Below the pieces are notes generated by a model. The model did no database searches and was not told where the DNA came from. It saw only the letters and a list, made by a program, of their open reading frames with translations. Of a DNA stretch of 64,000 bases, positions 19,399-29,127 are shown piece after piece. Source of the stretch: Bacteroidales bacterium (GTDB taxonomy: Bacteria > Bacteroidota > Bacteroidia > Bacteroidales > UBA10428); NCBI GenBank assembly GCA_016935435.1, contig JAFGQZ010000014.1, positions 41,532-105,531 on the forward strand, given 5' to 3'. Every line of letters starts with the position of its first letter. Position 1 is the stretch's first letter. The translations under genes were made by a program, and so were the position numbers.

Positions 19399-19695
19399 CT
19401 ATTTTGACAGAAAGTTAAACGAACCTGAAATAAAAAATAATACCAGCATGGTAAGTATTGCTACAATTACCAAAAGCCTGATTACCGAAGAGCGGTGGGC
19501 TGTTTTCCTCTCACTAAATTTTCTCGACAATGTGCCACGTGAAATGCCATGTTGGTAGGCCCCATTGTTTTCAATACCCAATTCCTTGCTTATTCGTCGT
19601 TTACGTTGTTCGGCTTCTTCTTTTTGCTCGTCGTAATAGCGTGGTATATATTTGAATTGCTTGGGCTTATTGGTTTTAAAAAATGTAATACGCAT
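19399..19695 (-). CDS. hypothetical small membrane protein
   Basis: ATG at 19695 (MRITFFKTNKPKQFKYIPRYYDEQKEE..), basic middle part and a C-terminal TM segment. 13 nt upstream of mutL, so probably co-transcribed. Confidence 0.45.
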   Translation of the reverse strand: MRITFFKTNKPKQFKYIPRYYDEQKEEAEQRKRRISKELGIENNGAYQHGISRGTLSRKFSERKTAHRSSVIRLLVIVAILTMLVLFFISGSFNFLSK

Positions 19696-20224
19696 GTTGA
19701 ACCCGTTTAAGTTTGTAAAGGTAAGCATATTTTTATGTCTGAAGAACTTATTGAAAAAACCATGCCATAATAGTAATAGAATAACTGTAATAACTTTTCT
19801 ATTTCATAATGGCAATGAACTACCTTAAATTATACTACTGCCAATATTTCAGTTTAGTTTTAATATAATTCGTGCATTTATAAAACTTCCTGTATATAGC
19901 CAGCTAGAGCCCTAAAGGGTTCATAAATATCCATGTATTAACCTGTTTTCAGTTAAGCTATACTAACTATTTTGCAGAAAAATGTGTAACTAAACCGGGC
20001 TAATACTGTCATTTGCAGGAACAGTCTCTGTTTTAGAACTGATTATAGGCAAAATCTATGAATAGGGGAGGTTAGTTCCATCTATCTCATCTGGGCCAAA
20101 AAGTCGTTGTCATAGGTTGAAAGATATAAATAACTTATCCTTAAAAGGTTTTAAGGTTTAACCCCAAATGCGAATATGTAAATAATAGATATATATAGTC
20201 CTATTCGTATTTTTTGGTTGACAA

Positions 20225-21124
20225 TTACTGTTTGGGTCCAGGTTTTTTAACTACATACACCACCGAGCTGCTTTTTTCTGGGTTAAACAGGCTGTGGAAG
20301 TTAGAAATCTGTCCAGTAAACAAACCTTGTAAAAACGACAGCTTTTTGCCTGCATACCGGGCGCTCATCATGCAATTGTAGTAGGCATCGAAAACAAGAG
20401 GTTTTACACGTATTGTTTGAAATTCATACTGGTTAATGAGTTTTTCGAAAGTAAGCGGGTTAAAATGCCACAAATGCCTGGGTACATCGTATGCAGCCCA
20501 GTATTTGGCATATTTTTGGGCATCGTACGAATCAAAATTCGGCAATGCAACAAACAAAAAGCCGTTGGGTTTCAACGAATCAAAAATCCATTCTAAATAG
20601 CCTTTAATATCGTAAATATGTTCAAGCACATGCCACAATGTAACAACATCAAACTCGCCGGTATGCTTTTCGTTTAATGTTTCCCGGGGGCTTCTAACAG
20701 CGAGGTTAAAATTTTCCATGGCAAATTTTCGGGCAGATGGTTCAATTTCAACACCTGAAACCTGAAACCCTTTATGCTGCATATAGTTTAAAAAGTGGCC
20801 TGTGCCACAACCAATATCCAGGATTTTTTTGCCCGGGGTAAAGTGTTTTATCATTTTACATTTTTGGCCAAGCATAAATTTCCTCACCTGGTGGTACAAG
20901 CTATTAACAATGCCCTTTTGGGTGTTGGAATGTGAGATGTAGTTCTCGCTGTGGTAATAACCGGCAATGCTCATTTCATCTGGAGCATTGGCAGTAAACC
21001 TGAAACCGCATGTTTTACACCTGTTTACAATAAATTTTTCGCCTGACACAAAATGATCGGTACACTCAAGGAACATACTGGTATCAGGGCTATTGCACAC
21101 AAGGCATTTTTTCATAATTGGCAT
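20225..21124 (-). CDS. class I SAM-dependent methyltransferase with an N-terminal Cys4 zinc-ribbon-like motif
   Basis: CLVCNS...CKTCGF pairs, then motif I ILDIGCGTGHF, DVVTLWHVLEH. Confidence 0.75.
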   Translation of the reverse strand: MPIMKKCLVCNSPDTSMFLECTDHFVSGEKFIVNRCKTCGFRFTANAPDEMSIAGYYHSENYISHSNTQKGIVNSLYHQVRKFMLGQKCKMIKHFTPGKKILDIGCGTGHFLNYMQHKGFQVSGVEIEPSARKFAMENFNLAVRSPRETLNEKHTGEFDVVTLWHVLEHIYDIKGYLEWIFDSLKPNGFLFVALPNFDSYDAQKYAKYWAAYDVPRHLWHFNPLTFEKLINQYEFQTIRVKPLVFDAYYNCMMSARYAGKKLSFLQGLFTGQISNFHSLFNPEKSSSVVYVVKKPGPKQ

Positions 21125-21134
21125 GTTTAAGAAA

Positions 21135-21148
21135 ATTAGCGCGCTAAT
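21135..21148. promoter_or_regulatory. perfect 14-bp palindrome ATTAGCGCGCTAAT next to the methyltransferase start
   Basis: Self-complementary 14-mer, 11 nt upstream of the ATG at 21124, in the divergent intergenic region with the DUF45 gene. Confidence 0.3.
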
Positions 21149-21334
21149 GTAATTATTTAATATTAAATAGCCAGTGTTGGATTATTTAACATCAAGAAAC
21201 CATTTTTATTAAATACCCAGGGTAATTGGCCAAACAAGGTTTAAGCTGGTTATTAACCATTTCGGGCTTATAATTTTATTTTGCTGTTCGATAAACAAAT
21301 GCCATTTTAGCCATGAGAATCTGGATTATTATCT

Positions 21335-22054
21335 ATGGGTTTTGTTAGAAAAGTTGAATTTGGTTTTGGTGAAGTATCGCTTGAAAGAAACCCGCGATCG
21401 AGAAACCTTAAGATTAAAATTCATCCCGAAAAAGGGGTTTTGGTAACAATGCCGGCACTTTGTACCGAGGCTTATGCCCTTACTTTTGTAAAAAACAAAG
21501 AAGCGTGGATTAGAAAGTGTCTGGCAAAAACATCGCAGGTTATTAACAGAATTACGGTTTTTAATGAATTCACAGAATTCTCTACTAAGTTTCACAAACT
21601 GAACGTTCAAAAGCATAATCGTCCTGCCTTAAAGTATGAGGCCCGTCAGGGGAGACTAACAGTGTTTTATCCCGATTTTGCCGATACTTCTGACCCGAAA
21701 ATACAGCACTTTATACGCCATGCCATTGTTCAAACCATACGTTTCGAAGCCCTCAATTATCTTCCTAAACGCACAAAAGAACTGGCTGCCATTTTTAATC
21801 TGGAGGTTTCGGGGGTTAAAGTACGTAACAATAAAACACGATGGGGAAGCTGCTCAGGTAAAAATTCTATTAACCTTAACATTCACCTCATGCGCCTGCC
21901 CGATCGGCTTATCGATTATGTAATTCTGCACGAGCTGGCGCATACCCGGGTAAAAAGCCATGGAAAACCTTTCTGGCAGTTTCTCGAAACTTTATTGCCA
22001 TATGCCCGTTTATTCGATAAAGAATTAAACAGCTACCACCTGGGGTATTGGTAA
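21335..22054 (+). CDS. YgjP-like (DUF45 / M48-related) metal-dependent hydrolase
   Basis: C-terminal HELAHTRVKSHGKPFW (HExxH) and RWGSCS motifs typical of DUF45. Confidence 0.7.
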   Translation: MGFVRKVEFGFGEVSLERNPRSRNLKIKIHPEKGVLVTMPALCTEAYALTFVKNKEAWIRKCLAKTSQVINRITVFNEFTEFSTKFHKLNVQKHNRPALKYEARQGRLTVFYPDFADTSDPKIQHFIRHAIVQTIRFEALNYLPKRTKELAAIFNLEVSGVKVRNNKTRWGSCSGKNSINLNIHLMRLPDRLIDYVILHELAHTRVKSHGKPFWQFLETLLPYARLFDKELNSYHLGYW

Positions 22055-22187
22055 GCAAAAGCCTTATATAATTCCCATACGGATAAAGATTGTTTCCAAG
22101 GTTGTTGGTTTATTAAACAGCACTTTGCAAATATGTTAATCTACCGATTAAAAGCATGGGCAAAAAGATAAATGTAAAAAAAACTTT

Positions 22188-22195
22188 TATCTTTG
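22188..22195 (+). promoter_or_regulatory. candidate -7 box TATCTTTG
   Basis: Exact TAnnTTTG match, about 155 nt upstream of the ATG at 22350. This implies a long leader. Confidence 0.35.
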
Positions 22196-22244
22196 AAACC
22201 GGATAATTATTTTCGGTGCCAGGCATAAAAAAGGGCTACCAAAT

Positions 22245-22290
22245 AAACACATTTCAGCAACTTTAGTGGTAATGTGTTTTGCTTTTCGCA
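22245..22290 (+). promoter_or_regulatory. terminator-like hairpin in the 5' leader of the 22350 gene
   Basis: Perfect 9-bp inverted repeat aaacacatt (22245-22253) / aatgtgttt (22271-22279) with a 17-nt loop, followed by tgcttttcgc. Confidence 0.3.
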
Positions 22291-22349
22291 TAAGGTTTTT
22301 ACTAAAAGTATGAAGCTTTTTGAAAGTTATTCCGTCTAACAACTCACCA

Positions 22350-25300
22350 ATGAAATATAAACTAACAATTATTCGAATGCAAAAATTTAAACTTGTATGG
22401 CTACTTGCCATAGCAATTCAGGTCAATGTTTATGGACAAACCATTGACCGGGTCGAAGGGAGCCCATTTTTAAGCACAATGCCCCCTGATACGCTTTACT
22501 ATTCCGGCAGAAATTTATCAGAATCGGAACGGTTTACATTGGCAACCCTTCAGGGGCTTTTGGCCAAAACCAAACCAGAGATTATAATTTATCAATATTT
22601 CCATGAGGAAATTATCAAGGAATCAAAATTAGTTGATATTCCTATTTTATACACTTATCAGAATAATTTACAAGCATTTCTGGAGAGATATGCCGATCGT
22701 ATTGATGGGTATATTTTGTGCGATCCAAAAAGCTCAAGCTCAAACGCAGCCAACTCTCTTTGCAGCATTTTAAATGCAGTGGCTGTTCCAACCGATATTG
22801 AGGCTAAAGCCATAGCTGCGGGTTTAACTAAAATACTCGATGTAACAGGAAAAGATGAAGCCTGGGCCTGGGAAAACTATCAAGATCAGTTTAATAAAGA
22901 TGTTGCCTTTTTTGTAAAAGGAGACGATTTGGGACTTATTGATTATACGGTATATACTGGCGGGTTCCGTTTTTGGGACAATAGCATTAACACCGGAGGA
23001 ACACTTTCCCAAAGTGTGTTTGATTATTTAAACCCCGGCGCCAGGTTTCATGGCTGGTGGGTTTCTGAAGATGGTACGGTTGCAAAAATATCAGAAAATG
23101 GGTTTCAAATGATTCCCGGTTCATTAAATAATCTTTCTACTTTTACAAACATAGATGTACCCAATGTAAAGCAAAAAGAACCTGTTACACCGTACAAGGT
23201 TGTTGAAAATGTTCATACTGTTTGTTTTGTGCAGACCGACGGGGATCATATTGGCTGGGTAGCAGGTGCTGGCTATTGGGATGCATGGATTTGGAAAACC
23301 GATAATCAAAGCCGTATTAAAATGGGGTTTACCCTTGCCCCAAACCTTACCGAATTAACCCCCCTGATTTACAGCGATATTATAAAAGGCCTCCAAACAA
23401 CCCCATACGGACGAAATGTTGCTGTTGCAGCCCCGTCTGGCCTGGGTTATTACTTTCCGGGTTTAAGTCCTAACCACCCCGATCATTGCGAACTATTAAA
23501 CAAATACATGAGAAAGGCCGACATGAGCATTGTTAATGTTATCGATTCTGATCAGGAGGCTGTTAACCACAATCCCGAAGAATACTTAAAGCAAAGCAAT
23601 ATCGATGCACTGTTTTATTACACCTACGGTGGACAATACCAAGGCATGCATGGCGCTATTAAGTGGTATAAAGATAAACCAAGTATTGGCGGACGGTTTG
23701 TTCTTTGGGGAAATACAGAAAACAATAACGATATCACAGACGATGCTGTTACTACAACTTTGGCAAATATACTTAATGCACAGTCCACCAACATTTATTC
23801 TGAAGCTGGCTATAGCCTGGTACCGGTACATATTTGGACAATGCAGCCACACAATGTTTTAAATATAACTAACAAGCTTGGGCCAAATGTTCGGGTTGTT
23901 GCCCCGGATGAGTTTGTCTGGCTGATAAAGAAAAATCTCGGTGGCTTGGCAATGGGCACAGGAAACGGGTTAAAAGGCGAATATTTTGAAGGTTCTAACT
24001 TCGAAACCTTAAAACTTACACGTATTGATAAAAAAGTTGACTTTGAATGGAAGGAAGGTTCCCCAATCGATACTTCGGATAATTTTTCAGTTCGTTGGAC
24101 TGGTCAAATTCAGCCCTTATACTCCGAAGAATATACTTTTTATGTTAATGCCGATGGTGGTGCAAAACTAACTATTGACGGAACAGTAGTATTTGATTCT
24201 CTTAATAATGCCGGAGAATCGGTAAAATCTGGTAAAATTTCTTTAATTGCCGGCGAAAAACACGATATTGTTATAGAGTATGTCGAAAAAACCGGCAATG
24301 CATATTGTACATTTGAATGGGAAAGCACTTCACAACTACGCCAGTATGTCCCATTCACTCAATTATATACTACTCCCTTGCCCACAACAGGCATTGTAAC
24401 AGTATATGCCGGTAATAACAAAAATGGTTTTTCTGCCGGATTAGGTTTTGGTACTTATATGTTATCGGATATTAATTCTTTAGGCATTCAGGCCAATGAA
24501 ATCTCTTCTTTAGCTATTGCCGAAGGTTACAAAGTAATTCTTTATGCTAACGACAGCCTCCGGGGCGAATCGTTAGAATTAACTTCAGGTGTTGATTCCC
24601 TTACGAATTTTCTACTGAATGATGGTGTTACAAGTTGGGGCAATAATATAAAATCTGTTAAAGTTATGGCCAATGGCGATACAACAGTAGCCGGCGAATA
24701 TTATGTAATTAACCAGGCCAGTGGCTATTACCTCGATGTTAGCGGTGGCCCTACAAATTACGAGCCGGGGGCAAACGTACAGGTTTACCGGGCCATGAAC
24801 AAAAACAACCAGGTATTTCATTTTACCCATCTGGGCGATGGCGTTTATAAAATAATAGCACGGCACAGCAAAAAAGTGCTTACAGTGCGGGGCATAAGTT
24901 TTGATGATAATGCAAATATCCACCAGTGGGAATACTTTGGTTCACCAAACCAAAAATTTATTGTAGTACGGCCTAATGATTCAAGTTACAAATTTATTGC
25001 CCTGCATAGTGGAATGGCGGTTAATGTCAACGGCTTACAAATCGAAGCCAATGTGCAGCAAAACACTAACAACAACCAGGTAGAATCGTGGTGGAAGTTT
25101 ACCGAAACTGTTAACAGGGAAGGCACAGGTACCGGCTTAACAGCAGGATACTATTCCGGAAAAGACTTTAACACGTATAAATTTTCACGAATCGATCCGC
25201 GCGTAGCTTTTAACTGGGGCGAATCGGCACCAGATCCCCTTTTACCGGTTGACAATTTCTCGGTAAGATGGACTGGCTCTGTGCAACCAAGGTTTACAGG

Positions 25301-25805
25301 CCAATACACATTTTCTATTATAAGCGACAACGGCAGGCGCTTGTGGGTAAATAATGAATTAATTATCGACAAATGGCTAAACGACTGGGATAAAGAGTAT
25401 TCGGGGTTGATATACCTTGAAGAAATGAAAAAATACAACATTTGGGTAGAATACTTCGAAGCTACAGGTGGCGCAAATATTAAGCTTGAGTGGAGAAGTT
25501 ATAACGAAGCAAGGGAAACAATCCCTCAAAGCCAGTTATACCCCGAACTTACCGATTCAATACCCGAAAACGTAACGGCAGTCCCAAACACCAAAATATT
25601 CCTGTACCCAAACCCGGCCGGCAATACCCTTTATGTGAGCGGATTGCCTGGCGAAACCCGTATGGAAGTTTTTAATTTTCAGGGGAGCAAAGTTTTGGAA
25701 ACTGTTGGCACTTCGGTTTATCTCGAAGGCTTGCCATCGGGTTTGTACATACTTAAAATGGAGGTTGCAGGAAGAATAGAATCCTGTAAGTTTGTTAAGG
25801 AATAA
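22350..25805 (+). CDS. secreted multidomain protein: GxGYxYP-family putative glycoside hydrolase, PA14, crystallin-like module, ricin-type lectin, PA14, T9SS type-A C-terminal sorting domain
   Basis: ATG at 22350 followed by a signal peptide (WLLAIAIQVNVYGQ). PSGLGYYFPG matches GxGYxYP. Two PA14-like segments (GLKGEYFEGSNFE..VRWTGQIQP; GLTAGYYSGKDFN..VRWTGSVQP). Ricin QxW-like repeats (NIHQWEY, NQKFIV). C-terminal FLYPNPAGNTLYV...GLYILKMEV...KFVKE. Confidence 0.75.
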   Translation: MKYKLTIIRMQKFKLVWLLAIAIQVNVYGQTIDRVEGSPFLSTMPPDTLYYSGRNLSESERFTLATLQGLLAKTKPEIIIYQYFHEEIIKESKLVDIPILYTYQNNLQAFLERYADRIDGYILCDPKSSSSNAANSLCSILNAVAVPTDIEAKAIAAGLTKILDVTGKDEAWAWENYQDQFNKDVAFFVKGDDLGLIDYTVYTGGFRFWDNSINTGGTLSQSVFDYLNPGARFHGWWVSEDGTVAKISENGFQMIPGSLNNLSTFTNIDVPNVKQKEPVTPYKVVENVHTVCFVQTDGDHIGWVAGAGYWDAWIWKTDNQSRIKMGFTLAPNLTELTPLIYSDIIKGLQTTPYGRNVAVAAPSGLGYYFPGLSPNHPDHCELLNKYMRKADMSIVNVIDSDQEAVNHNPEEYLKQSNIDALFYYTYGGQYQGMHGAIKWYKDKPSIGGRFVLWGNTENNNDITDDAVTTTLANILNAQSTNIYSEAGYSLVPVHIWTMQPHNVLNITNKLGPNVRVVAPDEFVWLIKKNLGGLAMGTGNGLKGEYFEGSNFETLKLTRIDKKVDFEWKEGSPIDTSDNFSVRWTGQIQPLYSEEYTFYVNADGGAKLTIDGTVVFDSLNNAGESVKSGKISLIAGEKHDIVIEYVEKTGNAYCTFEWESTSQLRQYVPFTQLYTTPLPTTGIVTVYAGNNKNGFSAGLGFGTYMLSDINSLGIQANEISSLAIAEGYKVILYANDSLRGESLELTSGVDSLTNFLLNDGVTSWGNNIKSVKVMANGDTTVAGEYYVINQASGYYLDVSGGPTNYEPGANVQVYRAMNKNNQVFHFTHLGDGVYKIIARHSKKVLTVRGISFDDNANIHQWEYFGSPNQKFIVVRPNDSSYKFIALHSGMAVNVNGLQIEANVQQNTNNNQVESWWKFTETVNREGTGTGLTAGYYSGKDFNTYKFSRIDPRVAFNWGESAPDPLLPVDNFSVRWTGSVQPRFTGQYTFSIISDNGRRLWVNNELIIDKWLNDWDKEYSGLIYLEEMKKYNIWVEYFEATGGANIKLEWRSYNEARETIPQSQLYPELTDSIPENVTAVPNTKIFLYPNPAGNTLYVSGLPGETRMEVFNFQGSKVLETVGTSVYLEGLPSGLYILKMEVAGRIESCKFVKE

Positions 25806-25838
25806 TTAGAGGGAAGAAGCTAAGTAATATATTCTCTA

Positions 25839-25878
25839 ACCAGCCTGTAGAATTTTCTGCAGGCTGGTTTTTTATTTT
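25839..25878 (+). terminator. rho-independent terminator
   Basis: accagcctgtag / ctgcaggctggt 12-bp stem with one mismatch, followed by tttttatttt. Confidence 0.65.
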
Positions 25879-25900
25879 CCCCCCATTTTAGCGAGCAAAT

Positions 25901-25934
25901 AAAACCCCCACACCATATAATAGTGGTGTGGGGG
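25901..25934 (-). terminator. terminator hairpin downstream of the tRNA on the minus strand
   Basis: 10-bp GC-rich stem cccccacacc (25905-25914) / ggtgtggggg (25925-25934). On the minus strand it is followed by ttttatttg. Confidence 0.6.
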
Positions 25935-25941
25935 CTTTTAG

Positions 25942-26013
25942 TAGTCCCACCAGGAATCGAACCTGGATTTAAAGTTTAGGAAACTTCCGTTCTATCCATT
26001 GAACTATGGGACC
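25942..26013 (-). tRNA. tRNA-Arg (anticodon CCT)
   Basis: Hand-folded cloverleaf of 72 nt. Acceptor GGTCCCA/TGGGACT (G1-U72 wobble), D stem GTTC/GAAC, anticodon stem GAAGT/ACTTT with loop TTCCTAA, T arm CCAGG-TTCGATT-CCTGG. CCA is not encoded. Confidence 0.9.
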
Positions 26014-26213
26014 ATTTACAATTGTTGGAACAAATAATTCGAAACCGAGAACTATTTACCCACCTCAAGTTAGCTTTTAAAAGCAGGGTGCAAATATAAG
26101 CTGTTTTCTTATTTAAACAAAAACAATAAAGCATGATTACTTTAATTATTGTGGAAAAAATGCTTTCAACCTTTTACCAATAATGTATAATTTTAACAAA
26201 ACCAAATAAGCTA

Positions 26214-26738
26214 ATGGTATTCGATATTGCAATTCTCATTATATTCCTTTGGGCTGCCTATAAAGGCTATACAAATGGCCTTATATTACAATTGTCAACC
26301 TTAGCAGCCCTTGTTCTTGGCATTGTTGGCGCTATTCGGTTTTCGGGTTTTCTCAATGGGTTTTTTCTTGAGAAAACATCGATCAATGAGGAATTTGTGC
26401 CGGCAATTACTTTTGCGCTTGCTTTCGTTGTCATTGTAATTCTGGTTCACCTTATTGCCCGGCTGCTTGAAAAACTTATCGAAGCGGTGGCACTGGGTTT
26501 TGTTAACCGCATTTTTGGAACGGTTTTCAGTATTTTAAAGTTTGCCCTGGTAATTAGCGGGTTGCTTGTGGTAATAAATAAAGCCAATGCAGTTTACTCT
26601 GTTTTTCCTGAAGAAAAAACCAGTCATTCCAGGCTATACAAACCACTCTCAAAATTTGCCCCTGCAATATTTCCATACCTTCGGTTCGAAAAGCCTGTTG
26701 AAATATTTGAGGGCGCCAGGCAGGAGTTGCAGGTTTAA
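26214..26738 (+). CDS. cvpA: CvpA family membrane protein
   Basis: N-terminus MVFDIAILIIFLWAAYKGYTNGLI and four TM segments are typical of CvpA. Confidence 0.7.
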   Translation: MVFDIAILIIFLWAAYKGYTNGLILQLSTLAALVLGIVGAIRFSGFLNGFFLEKTSINEEFVPAITFALAFVVIVILVHLIARLLEKLIEAVALGFVNRIFGTVFSILKFALVISGLLVVINKANAVYSVFPEEKTSHSRLYKPLSKFAPAIFPYLRFEKPVEIFEGARQELQV

Positions 26739-26770
26739 ATCAATTATCTAGGTTGTTTTGGTGCAATTGT

Positions 26771-26778
26771 TATCTTTG
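26771..26778 (+). promoter_or_regulatory. candidate -7 box TATCTTTG for tyrS
   Basis: Exact TAnnTTTG match, 18 nt upstream of the ATG at 26796. Confidence 0.45.
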
Positions 26779-26795
26779 CAGAAATTTTTTTACCA

Positions 26796-28088
26796 ATGAA
26801 TTTTATCGAAGATCTTACCTGGAGGGGAATGGTGCACGATATTATGCCAGGAACCGATGAACAACTTAAGAAAGAAATTACTGCTGCATATATAGGTTTC
26901 GATCCTACTTCCGACTCTTTGCATGTTGGAAGTTTTGCCCAGATAATGCTATTGAAACGTTTTCAGCTTGCCGGGCATAAGCCCATAGCACTTGTAGGCG
27001 GGGCAACCGGAATGATTGGCGACCCTACCGGCAAATCGCAGGAGAGGAACCTGCTTGACGAAAAAACCCTGCAAAAAAACCTTGACGGCATTAAAAAACA
27101 ATTATCAAAATTTCTCGATTTTGATTCGGATTCACCCAATAAAGCTGAACTGGTAAACAATTACGATTGGATGAAAAATTTCTCATTTCTTGAATTCATC
27201 CGCGATATTGGCAAGCACATTACTGTGAATTATATGATGTCGAAAGACAGCGTAAAAAAGCGTCTGGGCGAGGAATCGAAACAGGGAATGTCTTTTACCG
27301 AGTTTACTTATCAGTTGGTACAGGGCTTCGATTTTCTCCACCTCTACCAGGCGAAAAACTGTAAACTCCAGATGGGGGGATCCGATCAGTGGGGGAATAT
27401 AACCACCGGAACAGAACTTATCCGCAGGAAAACCGGAGGAGAGGCTTTTGCACTTACCATACCTTTAGTTACAAAGGCTGATGGCGGAAAATTCGGCAAA
27501 ACCGAAACCGGCAATGTGTGGCTCGATCCTGATAAAACCACTCCTTATGCATTTTACCAGTTTTGGCTTAACACATCCGACGATGATGCCGCTAAGTACA
27601 TTAAAATATTTACCCTTATCGGAAAAGAAGAGGCTGAAAAGCTAATAGCCGATCATACTCAGGCCCCTCATTTACGTTTGCTTCAAAAGCGGCTTGCCGA
27701 AGAACTTACTACTATGGTACATTCGAAAGAAGAGCTTGAAAATGCCATTGAAGCATCGAAAATATTGTTTGGCCAGGGTACAACAGAAAGCCTTTCGAGA
27801 CTTGACGAGCGTACTTTTCTGTCGGTATTCGAGGGAGTGCCGCACTTTACCCTTTCGCTCGAAAAACTTGAAAATGGTATTAATACAGCAGATTTACTGG
27901 CTACAGAAACAAGCGTATTTGCATCGAAAGGCGAATTGAGAAGGCTGGTTTCCGGCGGTGGACTCAGTATTAACAAACAGAAAATTGAAGATGCCGAAAA
28001 GCTCCTGCACCCAACAGACCTGCTGAACCAAAAATACCTGTTGGTGCAGAAAGGCAAAAAGAACTATTACCTGATAACCATAAAATAA
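26796..28088 (+). CDS. tyrS: tyrosine--tRNA ligase
   Basis: HIGH-type motif (SLHVGSF), KMSKS-type motif (KFGKTE), C-terminal S4-like domain. Confidence 0.95.
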   Translation: MNFIEDLTWRGMVHDIMPGTDEQLKKEITAAYIGFDPTSDSLHVGSFAQIMLLKRFQLAGHKPIALVGGATGMIGDPTGKSQERNLLDEKTLQKNLDGIKKQLSKFLDFDSDSPNKAELVNNYDWMKNFSFLEFIRDIGKHITVNYMMSKDSVKKRLGEESKQGMSFTEFTYQLVQGFDFLHLYQAKNCKLQMGGSDQWGNITTGTELIRRKTGGEAFALTIPLVTKADGGKFGKTETGNVWLDPDKTTPYAFYQFWLNTSDDDAAKYIKIFTLIGKEEAEKLIADHTQAPHLRLLQKRLAEELTTMVHSKEELENAIEASKILFGQGTTESLSRLDERTFLSVFEGVPHFTLSLEKLENGINTADLLATETSVFASKGELRRLVSGGGLSINKQKIEDAEKLLHPTDLLNQKYLLVQKGKKNYYLITIK

Positions 28089-28099
28089 TTCAATAGCTC

Positions 28100-29122
28100 A
28101 TGGGAAAATCATCCAAAAAAAATCAGAAAGTATTTAATGCTTTCGATTTATTAGCCTTTGCATGGGAAAAGAAACTGCTCCTTATCGGCCTTACAACGGT
28201 GGCAGCTATTATGTCGATAATCATTAGCCTGTCTATGCCCGACAGGTTTAAATCGACAGTTGTATTGTTCCCGGCAGCACCGGTATCGGTCTCGAAAAAC
28301 CTGGTAGAAACTTCGTCTATTTCCATGGACAGCCGCGATATTCTCTCCTTCGGGCGCGAAGAAGATGCCGAGCGTATGTTGCAGATACTGCATTCGAACC
28401 AGATTAAAGACTACATAGTGAACAAGTACGGGCTAATGAAACATTACGAAATTGATGAGGCAAAAGACAAATTCCCCTACACAAAACTCGACAACAAATA
28501 CAAGGGCAACATTAAATTTCGCCGTACCCAGTTCCAGTCGATAGAAATTACCGTTTTCGACGAAGATAAAGCTTATGCAGCCAACATTGCAAACGATATT
28601 GCTGCATATATCGATTCGGCAATCCACAACATGCAGAAAGAACGGGCCATTGAAGCCATGAAAATTGTAGAAAAGGAATATAATTCTTGCCAGTCGGGAA
28701 TTGAAATACTAAACGATTCGATTCAGAAAATACGCCAACTTGGCATAATCGATTACCAATCGCAGGCAGTTGCCCTGAACCAATCGTACGCCGACGCCCT
28801 TGCAAGGGGCAATTCATCGGCTGCCTCCGCCATTCAAAACAAAATGAATGTATTGGCACGGTACGGTGGCATTTATGTCGAACTTTCAAAAAAACTTGAA
28901 TCGGAAATTGAAAGGCTCGGACTGCTGAACACAAAATATGCTGCTGCAAAAGTTAATGTTGAACAAACCCTGCCACAAATTTTTATAGTTGACAAGGCGA
29001 ATGAATCGGAAAGAAAAGCCGAGCCGAAACGATCGATTATTGTTATAATAAGCACTATGTCGGCATTTTTCCTTTCGCTGTTAATTTTACTAATTATCGA
29101 TAACGTTAAAGCCCGCTTATAA
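28100..29122 (+). CDS. Wzz-like polysaccharide chain-length-determinant family protein
   Basis: N-terminal TM followed by a P..F.S motif, long coiled-coil periplasmic part, second TM at the C-terminus (IIVIISTMSAFFLSLLILLII). Confidence 0.55.
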   Translation: MGKSSKKNQKVFNAFDLLAFAWEKKLLLIGLTTVAAIMSIIISLSMPDRFKSTVVLFPAAPVSVSKNLVETSSISMDSRDILSFGREEDAERMLQILHSNQIKDYIVNKYGLMKHYEIDEAKDKFPYTKLDNKYKGNIKFRRTQFQSIEITVFDEDKAYAANIANDIAAYIDSAIHNMQKERAIEAMKIVEKEYNSCQSGIEILNDSIQKIRQLGIIDYQSQAVALNQSYADALARGNSSAASAIQNKMNVLARYGGIYVELSKKLESEIERLGLLNTKYAAAKVNVEQTLPQIFIVDKANESERKAEPKRSIIVIISTMSAFFLSLLILLIIDNVKARL

Positions 29123-29127
29123 CACCC

